Origin: Trueperaceae bacterium
GTDB lineage: Bacteria; Deinococcota; Deinococci; Deinococcales; Trueperaceae
Direction of reading: 5' to 3'
DNA: 64,000 nt
NCBI GenBank assembly: GCA_965214405.1
Contig: OZ243956.1
Location: forward strand, 3,072,001-3,136,000
The stretch's first letter is position 1; the number at the start of each line of letters is the position of its first letter. Shown piece after piece: positions 10,207 through 20,437 of the stretch. The position numbers were made by a program, and so were the translations under genes. A model generated the notes under the pieces. It worked only from the letters and a program-made list of their open reading frames with translations, did not search any database and had not been told where the DNA came from.

Positions 10207-11172
10207 CTAACCCGCTAGTACCCTACGCGCCGCCACGTCGTCCGTCACGAGCACGTTCACGTAGCCGCCGCGGAGCGCGCCGCGGAGCGCCTCGACCTTG
10301 GCCGCGCCCCCCGCGACCGTAATGACGGTTTCGATGTTTTTAAGGGCGTCTAAGCCAATCGTGACGGCCCGCTCGTTGACGTTTTCAGCGACCGGCCTCC
10401 CGTCCGGCCCGAAAAACTGCGCGCAGATGTGGCCTGCCGCTCCCGCCGCCCTAAGGTGTTCTAAGTCCCGCTGGCGCAAGTAGCCCGCGAAGAGGCCGGA
10501 CGCGTCGCCGCTCAGCGAGCCCACGCCGGTCAGCACGACGTCGGCCTTTTGGGCGGTTTGCAAGAGCGCGCCGACGAGCGGTTCTTGCAAGAGGCGGTCG
10601 CGCGTCTCGGCGCTCTCGACCATCAGCGGCGCGTGCAGGTAGCGGTAAGTCGCGCCGTACTTGTTGGCAAGCTGACGCGCCAAGTCGGGGCCGTCCTGCA
10701 AGGGATTTCCTGAGCCGAGCGCGCCGATAATTTGCAACACGGTAAGGTCTTCTGTAGGGCGCGGCGCAACGTGGCACACGGTGGCGGCGACCGAACGCCC
10801 GTAAGACACGCCCAGAACTAGCCTGCTGTGAACAGCCCCCTCGAGCGCACGCGCCGCCAAGTACCCCAAGCCGTCGATCATCTCGTCTTCAGAACGTCCG
10901 TCGGCGCGGAGCACGCAAGCCTGCGTCAACCCAAAGGTGCGCGCTAGGTCACGCTCCAACGCGCTGTCGCGCACCCATTTATAATCAATGGTAATGGTGA
11001 CGACGCCCTTGTCCCGCGCCTCTTTGAGCAAGCGCGACACGGTCGAGCGCGAACTCTGGAGCTGCCGCCCGATCTCGAGCTGCGTCAGCCCCTCTTCATA
11101 ATAAAGTTTGGCAACCTCGACCAAAAGGCTAAAGTCCTCGTCTAAGTGAGTTGTTAACTCAGGTGGCTTCAC
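10207..11172 (-). CDS. SorC/LsrR family sugar-binding transcriptional regulator
   Basis: VAKLYYEEGLTQLEI...SRSTVSRLL HTH, sugar-binding domain, ALRGGYVNVLVTD. Confidence 0.92.
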   Translation of the reverse strand: MKPPELTTHLDEDFSLLVEVAKLYYEEGLTQLEIGRQLQSSRSTVSRLLKEARDKGVVTITIDYKWVRDSALERDLARTFGLTQACVLRADGRSEDEMIDGLGYLAARALEGAVHSRLVLGVSYGRSVAATVCHVAPRPTEDLTVLQIIGALGSGNPLQDGPDLARQLANKYGATYRYLHAPLMVESAETRDRLLQEPLVGALLQTAQKADVVLTGVGSLSGDASGLFAGYLRQRDLEHLRAAGAAGHICAQFFGPDGRPVAENVNERAVTIGLDALKNIETVITVAGGAAKVEALRGALRGGYVNVLVTDDVAARRVLAG

Positions 11173-11348
11173 CCCTTACCCCCCTCTGCTGCGCCCGTTG
11201 TCGCGTGCGTCCCCGGTTTCTTACTCCAGTTTTGGCTTCCCACTTTTCGCTCGGCGCTTTTCTCTTCCCCGTCGACCTTATTCTTATCTGAGTCCTTGTT
11301 TGACACAAATCTCTGCTTCGCATGAATTCTGACCTAGCATACCCTCTT

Positions 11349-11366
11349 TTTGCACATATGTGCAAA
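11349..11366. promoter_or_regulatory. Perfect 18-bp palindrome, candidate operator for the SorC-family regulator
   Basis: TTTGCACATATGTGCAAA between the divergent regulator and ulaG, just upstream of TTGACA. Confidence 0.7.
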
Positions 11367-11382
11367 CATATGAACAAACGTC

Positions 11383-11412
11383 TTGACATGAGCGGCTAAG
11401 GCGTGATACCTT
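11383..11412 (+). promoter_or_regulatory. Sigma70-type promoter of the ulaG operon
   Basis: TTGACA-N18-TACCTT with an extended TG. Confidence 0.55.
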
Positions 11413-11543
11413 TGGTGGCACAAAGATTTTAATAGAGGCGTAACGATTACGAGGGATCGTACAGGGACTGAGCCCAAACAGGCTTGTCTACCAAACTTGT
11501 CGAGGCTCGAGCCGCTACCAAGGAGTCAAGGGTTGAGTAAGCC

Positions 11544-12608
11544 ATGAGCAAAGTAAGTGACATCACGAGAGAGTCCTGGATTCTGAGCGCCTTTCCCGAA
11601 TGGGGCACGTGGCTCAATGAAGAAATCGCGCGCGAGGAGGTCTCGCCGGGCACCTTTGCGATGTGGTGGCTCGGTTGCACCGGCATCTGGGTTAAAACCG
11701 AGGGGAACGCCAATCTTTGTTTTGACCTGTGGGTGAGGAGCGGCAAGCGCACCCAAGACGCGCCGCAGATGGCCCCCCACCATCAGCACCGCCGCGCGGT
11801 GGGTGCGCTCAATATCCAACCGAACCTGCGCAGTTCGGTTTGCGTGTTGGACCCCTTTGCCATTAGAGAGATAGACGCGGTGCTCGCCACCCACGACCAT
11901 AGCGACCACATCGACCCCAACGTCGCCGCGGCGGTCGTACAAAACTGCGGCCCGCACGTGCAGTTTGTGGGGCCGCAGACCTGTGTGGATTTGTGGCTCT
12001 CCTGGGGCGTGCCCGAAGAGCGCTGCGTGGTAGTCAGGCCCGGTGACAGCCTCACCATTAAAGATATCGAGTTGGTGGTGCTCGAGTCCTTCGACCGCAC
12101 CGAACTCGTCACTGCGCCCAAGGGCGTTGTGCTCAAGGGTCAGCCCGTACAGGATATGGACGAACGGTCGGTCAACTACCTCGTCAAAACACCCGGCGGC
12201 ACCCTCTACCACTCCGGCGACTCGCACTACTCGAACTACTACGCCAAGCACGGCAACGACCACACCGTCCACGTCGCGCTCGCCTCGTTTGGTGAAAACC
12301 CGCGCGGGATGACCGACAAGATGACCTCGGTCGATATTTTGCGGATGGCCGAAGGCTTGAACGCCGAGGTCGTGATTCCGGTTCATCACGACATTTGGAG
12401 CAATTTTCAGGCCGACACGAACGAAATCGTTACGCTGTGGAAGATGCGAAAAGACCGTTTGCAGTACGCGTTTAAGCCCTTCATATGGCAGGTCGGCGGC
12501 AAATACATCTATCCAACAGACAAAGACAAACTCATCTACAACTACCGTCGCGGCTTTGAAGACGCTTTTGCCACCGAGCCCGATTTGCCCTTCAAGGCGC
12601 TCTTGTAG
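11544..12608 (+). CDS. ulaG: L-ascorbate-6-phosphate lactonase
   Basis: Characteristic [30 protein letters not shown] metallo-beta-lactamase motif, [20 protein letters not shown]. Confidence 0.95.
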   Translation: MSKVSDITRESWILSAFPEWGTWLNEEIAREEVSPGTFAMWWLGCTGIWVKTEGNANLCFDLWVRSGKRTQDAPQMAPHHQHRRAVGALNIQPNLRSSVCVLDPFAIREIDAVLATHDHSDHIDPNVAAAVVQNCGPHVQFVGPQTCVDLWLSWGVPEERCVVVRPGDSLTIKDIELVVLESFDRTELVTAPKGVVLKGQPVQDMDERSVNYLVKTPGGTLYHSGDSHYSNYYAKHGNDHTVHVALASFGENPRGMTDKMTSVDILRMAEGLNAEVVIPVHHDIWSNFQADTNEIVTLWKMRKDRLQYAFKPFIWQVGGKYIYPTDKDKLIYNYRRGFEDAFATEPDLPFKALL

Positions 12609-12787
12609 CGCCTCAGTGACAGCTCAGTAACACTTCAGCAACACCTCCCCATTTGGTCCTGAGACCTTCCGGTCTAAGACGCACGAACCTATCCGGAGAA
12701 AGTCGTCCAGAGTCGAGTCCACCAGAGTTAAATCACCCGAAGTCGAAGCCAACGTCAAACCAGTTAAACTCCAAGGAGGATTTATCC

Positions 12788-14131
12788 ATGAAACGTGTTT
12801 TCCTACTCCTCGTTACCGCGCTCGCGGCGATGGGCGCGCTCTTTAGCGCCTCGGCGCAACCGTACAGCGATTACGCGGGCACGACCATCGTCGTGAGCTG
12901 GCCCGCCTTGTCGCACTTTGAGGCGGCGGCCACGCTTATCCCGCAGTTCACCGAGGAAACGGGTATTGAGGTCGAGCTTGATTTGACCCAGTACCTCAAC
13001 ATGAAAGACCGTCAGGTTACCGAGATTTCTAAACCCAATTCGGGCGACTTAGACGTGGTGGCCTGGGTGGTCTTTACCAAAAACGAGTACGTGGCGAACG
13101 GCTGGCTCGAGCCCTTGGCCCCCTACCTCAACAACCCGCGCCTGACGATGCCCGACTACGATATCGAAGACATCGTGCCCGCCTACCTCACCAACGGCGG
13201 CAAATCGGGCGGGCGTAAAGGCTATCTGGACGGCCCCGGCGCGTCGCTCTACGGGATTCCCTTTAGCCCCGAGACGAGCATCTTGGCCTACCGCACCGAC
13301 ATTTTTGACGAGTACGATTTAGAGGTTCCCACCACCTACGACGAACTCTTAGAAACCGCGCAGTTTATTACCGACAACGTGCCCGACGTTTACGGCATGA
13401 CCACGCGCGGCTCGGCGGGGCACCAGGTCGTCCACGCCTGGTTGTTGCACCTCTCGCCCCTGGGCGGCACGGTGCTGGATGATTCGTACAACCCCGTGGT
13501 GAATTCACCCGAGGCCATTCAGGCGGTCGAGACGCTTCAGACGATCCTCGAGAACTCTCCCCCCGGCGCCGAGGCCAACGGCGCGGGCGAGCAGGACGCG
13601 GCCTTTTTGCAGGGCGATTCGGCGATGTACCTAGACCGCATGGCGATTGCGCCGATGGTGTCTGACCCCTCGGTTTCAAACGTCGTCGGTAACGTAGGCT
13701 ACGCGCTCCACCCCACCGCCGCGACCTGCGGCAGTGAGACGGGCGGCTTTGCGATGGGCATTGCGTCCAACTCGCAAAACAAAGAGGCGGCCTGGCTCTT
13801 TATCCAGTGGTTTACGAGCAAAATGGGCGACCAGATGGTCGTCGAGGCGGGCGGTAACCCCATGCGCACCTCGACGCTCGCCAACCCCGAGCTTCAGGCG
13901 ATGCACCCCGAGTTTCCGGTGGTCTTAGAGCAGTTGGAGTGCGCCGACGCCGACTGGCGTCCTTTAATCCCCGAGTGGCCCGCGATGAACGCGCCCATCT
14001 TGGGCGAAGAAATCTCGGCGGCGCTGACCGGCCAAAAGTCCATCGAAGACGCGATGAACAGCGCCAACGACCGCTTACGCGAACTGTTGGACCGCGAAGG
14101 GTACTATAGCTGGGGCTCGAGCGGTAATTAG
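12788..14131 (+). CDS. Sugar ABC transporter substrate-binding protein
   Basis: AAGGAGG RBS, signal peptide ending ASA, CUT1 SBP features (FTEETGIEV, LYGIPF, LAYRTD). Confidence 0.9.
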   Translation: MKRVFLLLVTALAAMGALFSASAQPYSDYAGTTIVVSWPALSHFEAAATLIPQFTEETGIEVELDLTQYLNMKDRQVTEISKPNSGDLDVVAWVVFTKNEYVANGWLEPLAPYLNNPRLTMPDYDIEDIVPAYLTNGGKSGGRKGYLDGPGASLYGIPFSPETSILAYRTDIFDEYDLEVPTTYDELLETAQFITDNVPDVYGMTTRGSAGHQVVHAWLLHLSPLGGTVLDDSYNPVVNSPEAIQAVETLQTILENSPPGAEANGAGEQDAAFLQGDSAMYLDRMAIAPMVSDPSVSNVVGNVGYALHPTAATCGSETGGFAMGIASNSQNKEAAWLFIQWFTSKMGDQMVVEAGGNPMRTSTLANPELQAMHPEFPVVLEQLECADADWRPLIPEWPAMNAPILGEEISAALTGQKSIEDAMNSANDRLRELLDREGYYSWGSSGN

Positions 14132-14138
14132 CATTTTC

Positions 14139-14165
14139 GGGAGACGCGTTAAAAGCGCGTCTCCC
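14139..14165 (+). terminator. Stem-loop after the SBP gene (terminator or mRNA stabiliser)
   Basis: gggagacgcg-ttaaaag-cgcgtctccc. Confidence 0.65.
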
Positions 14166-14262
14166 TCCTTATTCTGAAGTAGTCTATGAAGTCAGCTCAC
14201 CAAATATCTATTACCTAAAGCTTCTCAGTCTGAGCATCCAATCCATATAAAGAGAGCGACCG

Positions 14263-15171
14263 ATGAGACCCAACAGAGCCGTTCCTTACCTCTTTTTACT
14301 TCCCGCCGTCGCTATCCTGGCGCTCGGGCTGATGGTGCCCCTTTACAACTCGCTTGTGCTGAGTTTTTACGACTGGAACTTCGGCGAGGCGTGGGCGGCC
14401 AAGGATTATCTGGGGTTTCAAAACTTTCGCCGCCTCTTAACCGACCCGGTCGTCTGGTCGTCGGTTCGCACGACGTTTGTGTTCGGGTTTTGGGTGGTGC
14501 TTTTGGAGATGATTATCGGCGTCGGCCTGGCGCTGCTTTTGGAAAAGCCCGTGCGGGGCGCATCTATTTTTCGGACCATCTTTGTGTTGCCGCTGATGAT
14601 TGCGCCCATCGTGGTGGGGCTTATCTGGCGCTATTTGCTCGACGCGCGTAACGGGGTGGTGAACTATTATCTCGAGGCCATCGGTAACGCCGTACCTTTC
14701 TTACAAAATCTCGGCTTCATCCGTCAAGAATGGCTCGCCGACCCCAACCTGGCGATGTTTTCGATTGTCATTAGCGACGTGTGGCAGTGGACGCCCTTTA
14801 TTTTTATGATCGTGCTGGCGGGTTTGCAGGGCTTGCCGGGCAACCTTATCGAGGCCTCGTATCTGGACGGGGCCAACTGGTGGCAGATGACTTGGTTCAT
14901 CAAGCTGCCGATGATGCGTAATATTTTGCTTATCGCGCTGCTCATGCGGATTATCGACGTGTTCCGGGCGCTCGAAGTCATCTACATCATGACGAACGGC
15001 GGGCCGGGGAGTTCAACAAAAGTGCTGTCGCTGCTCCTCTTTCAGACCGCGTTTACCTCGCAAGACCTGGGTTACGCCGCGACCATCGCGGTGCTCTTGA
15101 GCGTGATTCTTATTCTATTGAGCGTCGCGCTGATGTTTTACAACAATCCTCTCGAAGACAGGGCGGTTTAG
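14263..15171 (+). CDS. Sugar ABC transporter permease
   Basis: EAA-type loop EASYLDGANWWQ; TM helices. Confidence 0.92.
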   Translation: MRPNRAVPYLFLLPAVAILALGLMVPLYNSLVLSFYDWNFGEAWAAKDYLGFQNFRRLLTDPVVWSSVRTTFVFGFWVVLLEMIIGVGLALLLEKPVRGASIFRTIFVLPLMIAPIVVGLIWRYLLDARNGVVNYYLEAIGNAVPFLQNLGFIRQEWLADPNLAMFSIVISDVWQWTPFIFMIVLAGLQGLPGNLIEASYLDGANWWQMTWFIKLPMMRNILLIALLMRIIDVFRALEVIYIMTNGGPGSSTKVLSLLLFQTAFTSQDLGYAATIAVLLSVILILLSVALMFYNNPLEDRAV

Positions 15172-15172
15172 G

Positions 15173-16111
15173 GTGCAGGGGACGGTGGAGCGGGGCTTAG
15201 AGAGGCGCGAGCGCAAGGCCAAACGCGCGCGCGTGAGCAAGGGTGACGTGTGGCGTTACGTGGCGCTCTTTACGCTCGCGCTGGTGGCGCTCGCGCCCAT
15301 TTTTGTGATGTTTGCGACCTCGCTCAAGTTGCCCATCGAGATTCAGTCGAGGGTGCCCCGCTGGATTTTTATGCCGACGGCGAGCAACTACACCGAGGTC
15401 ATCACCACCTACCGCATGATTCCCTACCTCGTCTCGTCGCTGGTCATCGCGCTCGGCTCGACTTTTGTCACGCTGCTCACGGCGGGCATGGCGGCCTTTG
15501 CCCTGGCGCGGATGCGCTTTCCGGGCCGCGGCCTCATCGCGCAGACCACGCTCGTGATTCGCATGATTCCTCCGGCGGTCATCGCGGTCGCGGTCATCGG
15601 CTTCTGGATTTCCTGGGGCATCGGCGACGCGGTGGAGGGGGTGCGCTTCACGCTGCCCAACGGCCTCGGGCGGGGCGACCTGTTGGACGGGTCGCAGCTC
15701 GGGCTCATGCTTTTTTATACCGCGCTGAACCTGCCCTTTTCGGTCTGGCTGCTTTTCGGCTTTATCCAGCAGATTCCGGTGGAGCTTGAAGAAGCCGCCA
15801 TCATCGACGGCGCGACGCTCTTGCAAGTCTTGTTCCGCGTGATTTTCCCGCTCATGGGCGCGGGCTTCGCGGTTTCAGCCATTTTCACCTACCGCATCGC
15901 CTGGAACGAGTTTATCCTGGCGCTCTTTCTCACCAGCCGCTACACCAAAACGCTGCCCGTGTTTGCGTCTGAGTTTATCCGCGATGACGGCGTGCTCTGG
16001 GGGCAGATGATGGCGGTGGGGAGTCTGATTGCCATTCCGCCTCTTATCATCACCTTTTTTGCCGCCAAGCAAATTATCCAGGGGATGACGGCGGGGGCGG
16101 TGAAGGGGTGA
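15173..16111 (+). CDS. Sugar ABC transporter permease
   Basis: ELEEAAIIDGA, AWNEF, ends GMTAGAVKG. Confidence 0.92.
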   Translation: MQGTVERGLERRERKAKRARVSKGDVWRYVALFTLALVALAPIFVMFATSLKLPIEIQSRVPRWIFMPTASNYTEVITTYRMIPYLVSSLVIALGSTFVTLLTAGMAAFALARMRFPGRGLIAQTTLVIRMIPPAVIAVAVIGFWISWGIGDAVEGVRFTLPNGLGRGDLLDGSQLGLMLFYTALNLPFSVWLLFGFIQQIPVELEEAAIIDGATLLQVLFRVIFPLMGAGFAVSAIFTYRIAWNEFILALFLTSRYTKTLPVFASEFIRDDGVLWGQMMAVGSLIAIPPLIITFFAAKQIIQGMTAGAVKG

Positions 16112-16177
16112 GGCAGTGGGGAGTGGTGAGTGAATAGTGGTTAAAAAAAGCCTGAAAGCTAAGTTTTCTTTGAGGAT

Positions 16178-16843
16178 GTGATGATGAAACCCAAACTGCA
16201 ACTTGCGTTGGATACCTTTGATTTGCCTTCGGCTCTAGCGCCCGTTCAAAAAGCTCAGCATTACATTGACGTGGTCGAGGCGGGGACAATTTTATGTTAC
16301 GCCGAGGGGATGCACGCGGTGCGGGCATTGAGGGCGCTCTACCCAGACAAGATTTTGCTGGCGGATGTGCGGATTGCTGAGGCGGGGAGCATCATCGCCA
16401 AACTCGCGTTTGAGGCGGGGGCGGACTGGGTGAGCGTGGTGAGCGGGGCGACGCTGACGACGGTTGAGGTAGTGCTGAAAGAAGCCGAGAAAAAGGGAGG
16501 GGAGGTGCAGCTCGAGCTTATCGACGGCTGGACCTGGGACGACGCGGCGGCGTGGCGCGACTTGGGCGTGACCTGGGTCATCACGCACCGCAGCCGTGAC
16601 GGGGAAGCGGTGGGTGATTTGAGTTGGAAAGATAAAGACTTCGAGGAGATGCGCCGCCTACACGAAATGGGCTTCAAGGTGAGCGTGGCGGGCGGCGTCA
16701 AGGTCGAGGACATGCTGCGCTTTAAGGATGTGCCCATCGGCGTGTTTACCGTTGGACGCGCGATTCGTGATGCGGACGACCCAGCGGCGGCGGCTCGAGC
16801 ATTCCAAAATGCCATCCGCGAGACCTACGGCGTGGCGGGTTGA
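16178..16843 (+). CDS. ulaD: 3-keto-L-gulonate-6-phosphate decarboxylase (UlaD/SgbH; OMPDC-HPS superfamily)
   Basis: PKLQLALD, DVVEAGTILC..EG..AVRALRALYPDK, HRSRD, GFKVSVAGG, GRAIRDA. Confidence 0.85.
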   Translation: MMMKPKLQLALDTFDLPSALAPVQKAQHYIDVVEAGTILCYAEGMHAVRALRALYPDKILLADVRIAEAGSIIAKLAFEAGADWVSVVSGATLTTVEVVLKEAEKKGGEVQLELIDGWTWDDAAAWRDLGVTWVITHRSRDGEAVGDLSWKDKDFEEMRRLHEMGFKVSVAGGVKVEDMLRFKDVPIGVFTVGRAIRDADDPAAAARAFQNAIRETYGVAG

Positions 16844-16977
16844 CGTGTCTCGGGAACTTATGAAAAAGCGCCGTCTCTTATGCGGGAGGCTCGAGCCTTC
16901 GTCCTCGAAGAGGCGTTGAATTAGGATGCGTGCAAAGTGATTTTCCCTCAAACCATTTCACAGGATGTGTCTTGACC

Positions 16978-17934
16978 ATGCCCCGCTTTGACGTCACGGC
17001 GATTGGCGAGGGACAGCTCAGGCTCTGCGTCCCGGCGGGGACGCGGCTCGAGCAGGCCAAACAGTTTGACGTCCACGTGTCGGGCACCGAGGCGAACGTG
17101 ACCTGTACGCTGTCGCTCCTGGGCTGGGCCTGCGGCTGGGTGAGCGCGCTGCCCGACACGCCTTTAGGCCGCCGCGTGGCGGGCGAGTACCGCTTTAGCG
17201 GCCTCGACTTGTCCGCCGTGACCTGGCTCCAAGGCCGCCTGGCGACCTACTACGTCGAGTACGCGGTGCCGCCCCGCGCGACGCAGGTCTACTACGACCG
17301 CAGCGGTACCTGCTTTACGCAACTTACCCCGGCGGATATCGACTGGGGCTATCTGTTAGACACGCGGCTGCTTCACCTTTCGGGCTTGACGATGGCGCTC
17401 TGCGGCAACATTCAAGACGTTTTGCACGAGGCCGCGGCGCGCGCGGGGGCGGCGGGCGTGCCCGTCAGCCTGGATGTCAATTACCGTAGCCGCCTTTGGA
17501 CGCCCGAGCAGGCGCGAGAAGTGCTCGAGCCTCTTTTGCAAACCATCGACATCCTCTTTTGTGGCCGCGCCGACGCTGAGCGGGTGTTCGGCTGCAAAGG
17601 CGCGCCCAAAGATGTGGTCGCGCAACTCGCTCAGCGGAGCAGCGCGCGCTATATCGTGATGAGCATGTCGCACGAGGGGCTGATGGGCTGGAACGGTGGG
17701 GCGTGTCTTCACGTGCCCGCGAGGGACGTTGTTATTTTGGACCGCATCGGCGCGGGCGACGCGATGGTGGCGGGCGTGCTGCACGGCTACTTGCAGGGCG
17801 ACTTTGCCAAAGGCCTGGTCTACGGCGCGCTCACCGCCGCGCTGGCGCTTAGCCAGTACGGCGACAGGCCGATGACGAATTCGGGGGAACTCGAGGGGCT
17901 CCTAAGCGGCGGCGTCAGCGACATTATCCGTTGA
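16978..17934 (+). CDS. PfkB sugar kinase, 2-keto-3-deoxygluconate kinase-like
   Basis: GTEANV, DVNYRSRLW, DRIGAGDA. Confidence 0.88.
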   Translation: MPRFDVTAIGEGQLRLCVPAGTRLEQAKQFDVHVSGTEANVTCTLSLLGWACGWVSALPDTPLGRRVAGEYRFSGLDLSAVTWLQGRLATYYVEYAVPPRATQVYYDRSGTCFTQLTPADIDWGYLLDTRLLHLSGLTMALCGNIQDVLHEAAARAGAAGVPVSLDVNYRSRLWTPEQAREVLEPLLQTIDILFCGRADAERVFGCKGAPKDVVAQLAQRSSARYIVMSMSHEGLMGWNGGACLHVPARDVVILDRIGAGDAMVAGVLHGYLQGDFAKGLVYGALTAALALSQYGDRPMTNSGELEGLLSGGVSDIIR

Positions 17935-18070
17935 CCCTGTCCGTCAACCCTGTTCATGAACCCTATCCATCAAACATGTCCGCCAATCGACCCTAAAGAC
18001 CGAGCCGCCAAGCGTGTACGGGACGGGGTGACGAGCGGGTGAAGTATGCTCTTGCAACTGAGGAGACATT

Positions 18071-18994
18071 ATGAACATTGGCAACGCCCCCTGTTCCTGG
18101 GGCACGATTGAGGGAACCGCGGGTCTGCGCATCGACTACGGAAGGATGCTCGACGAACTCGCCCAAACCGGCTACAAGGGCACGGAACTGGGAGCCTACG
18201 GCTTCATGCCGACCCAGCCCGACGCGCTGCGCGGCGCGCTGGAGGCGCGCAACCTCACCATGTTGGGGGCCTACGAAGGCGTCGACCTCTCCCGAGCGAG
18301 CGCGCATGACGGCGGCGAGGCGCGCTCCCTGCAAACCGCGCGCCTGCTGGCGAGCGTCGCGGACATAGGCGACCTCACTTGGCAGCCCCTGCTGGTGCTG
18401 GCCGACGAGCACAGTGTCAACGACGTCCGGTTCAGACACGCGGGGCGCATCGAACCCGGCATGGGCCTCAGCGGGGCGCAGTGGGAGGTGTTCGGCGAGG
18501 GCGCGAACCGTATAGCCGGTAGCGTTCGGGAGGCGACGGGACTGCGGACGGTGTTTCACCCCCACTGCGCGGGCTTTGTGGAAACGCCGGACGAGGTCGA
18601 GACGTTTTTGGCGCACACCGACCCGGCCTTGGTCGGCCTGGTGCTCGACACCGGGCATTTCGTCTACGGGAGCGGGGCGAATGACGCGGGGATTCTCTTG
18701 GACGCTTTGGAGCGTTTCAAGGAACGTCTGTGGTACGTCCACTTCAAGGACGTAGACCCGGAGGTCGCCACGCGCGCGCGCCGCGACGGGCTCTCCTACA
18801 AAGAAGCCATCGGCGCGGGCGTTTTTTGCGAACTCGGGCGGGGCTGCGTGGATTTTGCGGCGGTCAAGGGGGGGCTCGAGAGGGTCGGCTATAACGGCTG
18901 GGTCACCGTCGAGCAAGACGTGCTACCGGGGCTGGGCACGCCCAAAGAGAGCGCCGCGCGCAACCGGGCGTTTCTCGCCTCGCTCGGGTGGTGA
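18071..18994 (+). CDS. Sugar phosphate isomerase/epimerase TIM barrel (IolE-like)
   Basis: GNAPCSWG, GTELG, FHPH, LDTGH, VHFKD, VEQD. Confidence 0.85.
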   Translation: MNIGNAPCSWGTIEGTAGLRIDYGRMLDELAQTGYKGTELGAYGFMPTQPDALRGALEARNLTMLGAYEGVDLSRASAHDGGEARSLQTARLLASVADIGDLTWQPLLVLADEHSVNDVRFRHAGRIEPGMGLSGAQWEVFGEGANRIAGSVREATGLRTVFHPHCAGFVETPDEVETFLAHTDPALVGLVLDTGHFVYGSGANDAGILLDALERFKERLWYVHFKDVDPEVATRARRDGLSYKEAIGAGVFCELGRGCVDFAAVKGGLERVGYNGWVTVEQDVLPGLGTPKESAARNRAFLASLGW

Positions 18995-19016
18995 ATCTAT
19001 ACGCTATGCTGAACAC

Positions 19017-19598
19017 ATGAAAATCTATACCAAAACCGGCGACGCGGGCACGACCGGCCTCTACGGCGGCGAGCGCGTGCCCAAAGACGCGCGGCGCGTG
19101 GCCGCTTACGGGACGGTGGACGAGGCCAACGCGGTGATTGGGCTGGCGAGGGCTCAGCTCGAGGCGGGCGACGCCAACCTAAACGGCGACTTGGCGAGCG
19201 TCCAGAACGCGCTTTTCGACGTTGGCGCGGACCTAGCGACGCCGCAGGATTCGCCCTACCGCAAGAACGTTGTACCCATCGACGCGGCGGACGTGGCGCA
19301 CTTAGAGGGGCTGATAGACGCCTACGACGCCACGCTCCCCGAGCTACAAAACTTTATCCTGCCGGGCGGTCACCCCGCTTCGGCGGCGCTCCAACTCGCG
19401 CGCGCCGTGGTGCGCCGCGCAGAGCGCGAGACGGTGCATCTGTCGCACGAAGAGGACGTGAACCCGCAGGTGGCGGTCTACCTCAACCGCTTGTCGGATT
19501 TGCTCTTCGTCCTCGCCCGCGTGGTCAACCTGCGCGCTGGCGTGTCCGAGGTGAGCTGGCAGGTCAAGGGGCGCGAGCGGCCCAAGCCCACGGAGTAA
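19017..19598 (+). CDS. pduO: Cob(I)alamin adenosyltransferase, PduO type
   Basis: MKIYTKTGDAGTT, YGTVDEAN, FILPGG, RRAER, YLNRLSD. Confidence 0.93.
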   Translation: MKIYTKTGDAGTTGLYGGERVPKDARRVAAYGTVDEANAVIGLARAQLEAGDANLNGDLASVQNALFDVGADLATPQDSPYRKNVVPIDAADVAHLEGLIDAYDATLPELQNFILPGGHPASAALQLARAVVRRAERETVHLSHEEDVNPQVAVYLNRLSDLLFVLARVVNLRAGVSEVSWQVKGRERPKPTE

Positions 19599-19601
19599 CG
19601 C

Positions 19602-20381
19602 GTGCGCGTCGCGTCGCTCGCCTGCTCGAACACCGAAATCGTCTGCGCCCTGGGCTGTGCGGAGTTGCTTGTGGGGGTGGACAGTCACTCGGACCGGCCT
19701 GTTGAGGTCGTTTCAAGGCTACCCAAAGTAGGCCCTGATTTAGACATCGATATTGAGGTGGTGGAAAGACTCGAGCCCGACCTCGTCTTGGCGTCCCTGA
19801 CCGTGCCCGGTCATGAGCGGGTGGTGGCGGGGCTGGAGGAGGCGGGTTTGGCTTACCTCGCACCGGAGCCTGTGAGTTTAGAAGATGTTTACCGGGACGT
19901 TCTCACCATCGCCCGTGCGTTGAGTGTTCTCGAGCGGGGTGAGGCTTTGGTCAGGGAGATGCGCACGGCGTTGCAGCCCGTGACGGTGCCGAATCCTCCC
20001 AGGCTGCTCGTGCAGTGGTGGCCCAAACCCGTCATCGCGCCGGGACGCCTCTCGTGGGTGGATGATTTAATTCTGGCGGCGGGGGGGCGCAATATTTTGG
20101 AAGAGGAGGTTAAAAGTAGACCGCTGAGCGATGAGGAGGTGCGCGCTTTAGACCCGGACGCCATCATTCTCGCTTGGTGCGGCGTTGCGCCCGAAAAGTA
20201 CCGTCCGGATGTGGTTTATAGGAATTCGTGCTGGGGAGGCGTGGGTGCTGTTCAGAAGGAACAAATTCACTGCGTTCCCGAGGCTTTCTTGGGGCGACCG
20301 GGGCCGGGGCTTGTGGAGGGCTTTCGCGCCCTTCAAAAAATCGTTCAGGGTGTTGGTGAGGCTGGATTGGGTGGACGCTAG
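19602..20381 (+). CDS. Cobalamin-binding protein, BtuF-like
   Basis: RVASLACSNTEIV..LG, LEPDLVL, RPGPGLVEG; adjacent to pduO; no signal peptide. Confidence 0.8.
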   Translation: MRVASLACSNTEIVCALGCAELLVGVDSHSDRPVEVVSRLPKVGPDLDIDIEVVERLEPDLVLASLTVPGHERVVAGLEEAGLAYLAPEPVSLEDVYRDVLTIARALSVLERGEALVREMRTALQPVTVPNPPRLLVQWWPKPVIAPGRLSWVDDLILAAGGRNILEEEVKSRPLSDEEVRALDPDAIILAWCGVAPEKYRPDVVYRNSCWGGVGAVQKEQIHCVPEAFLGRPGPGLVEGFRALQKIVQGVGEAGLGGR

Positions 20382-20437
20382 CGCTTGGCGTTCTGCTGGC
20401 TGTTGTTACCAACAACTGTCCGCTAAGCACTATCCAC

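Noticed and set aside
18995..19016. Cobalamin riboswitch upstream of pduO/btuF
   Set aside because: The intergenic gap is only about 22 nt and holds a -10 box; there is no room for a riboswitch.
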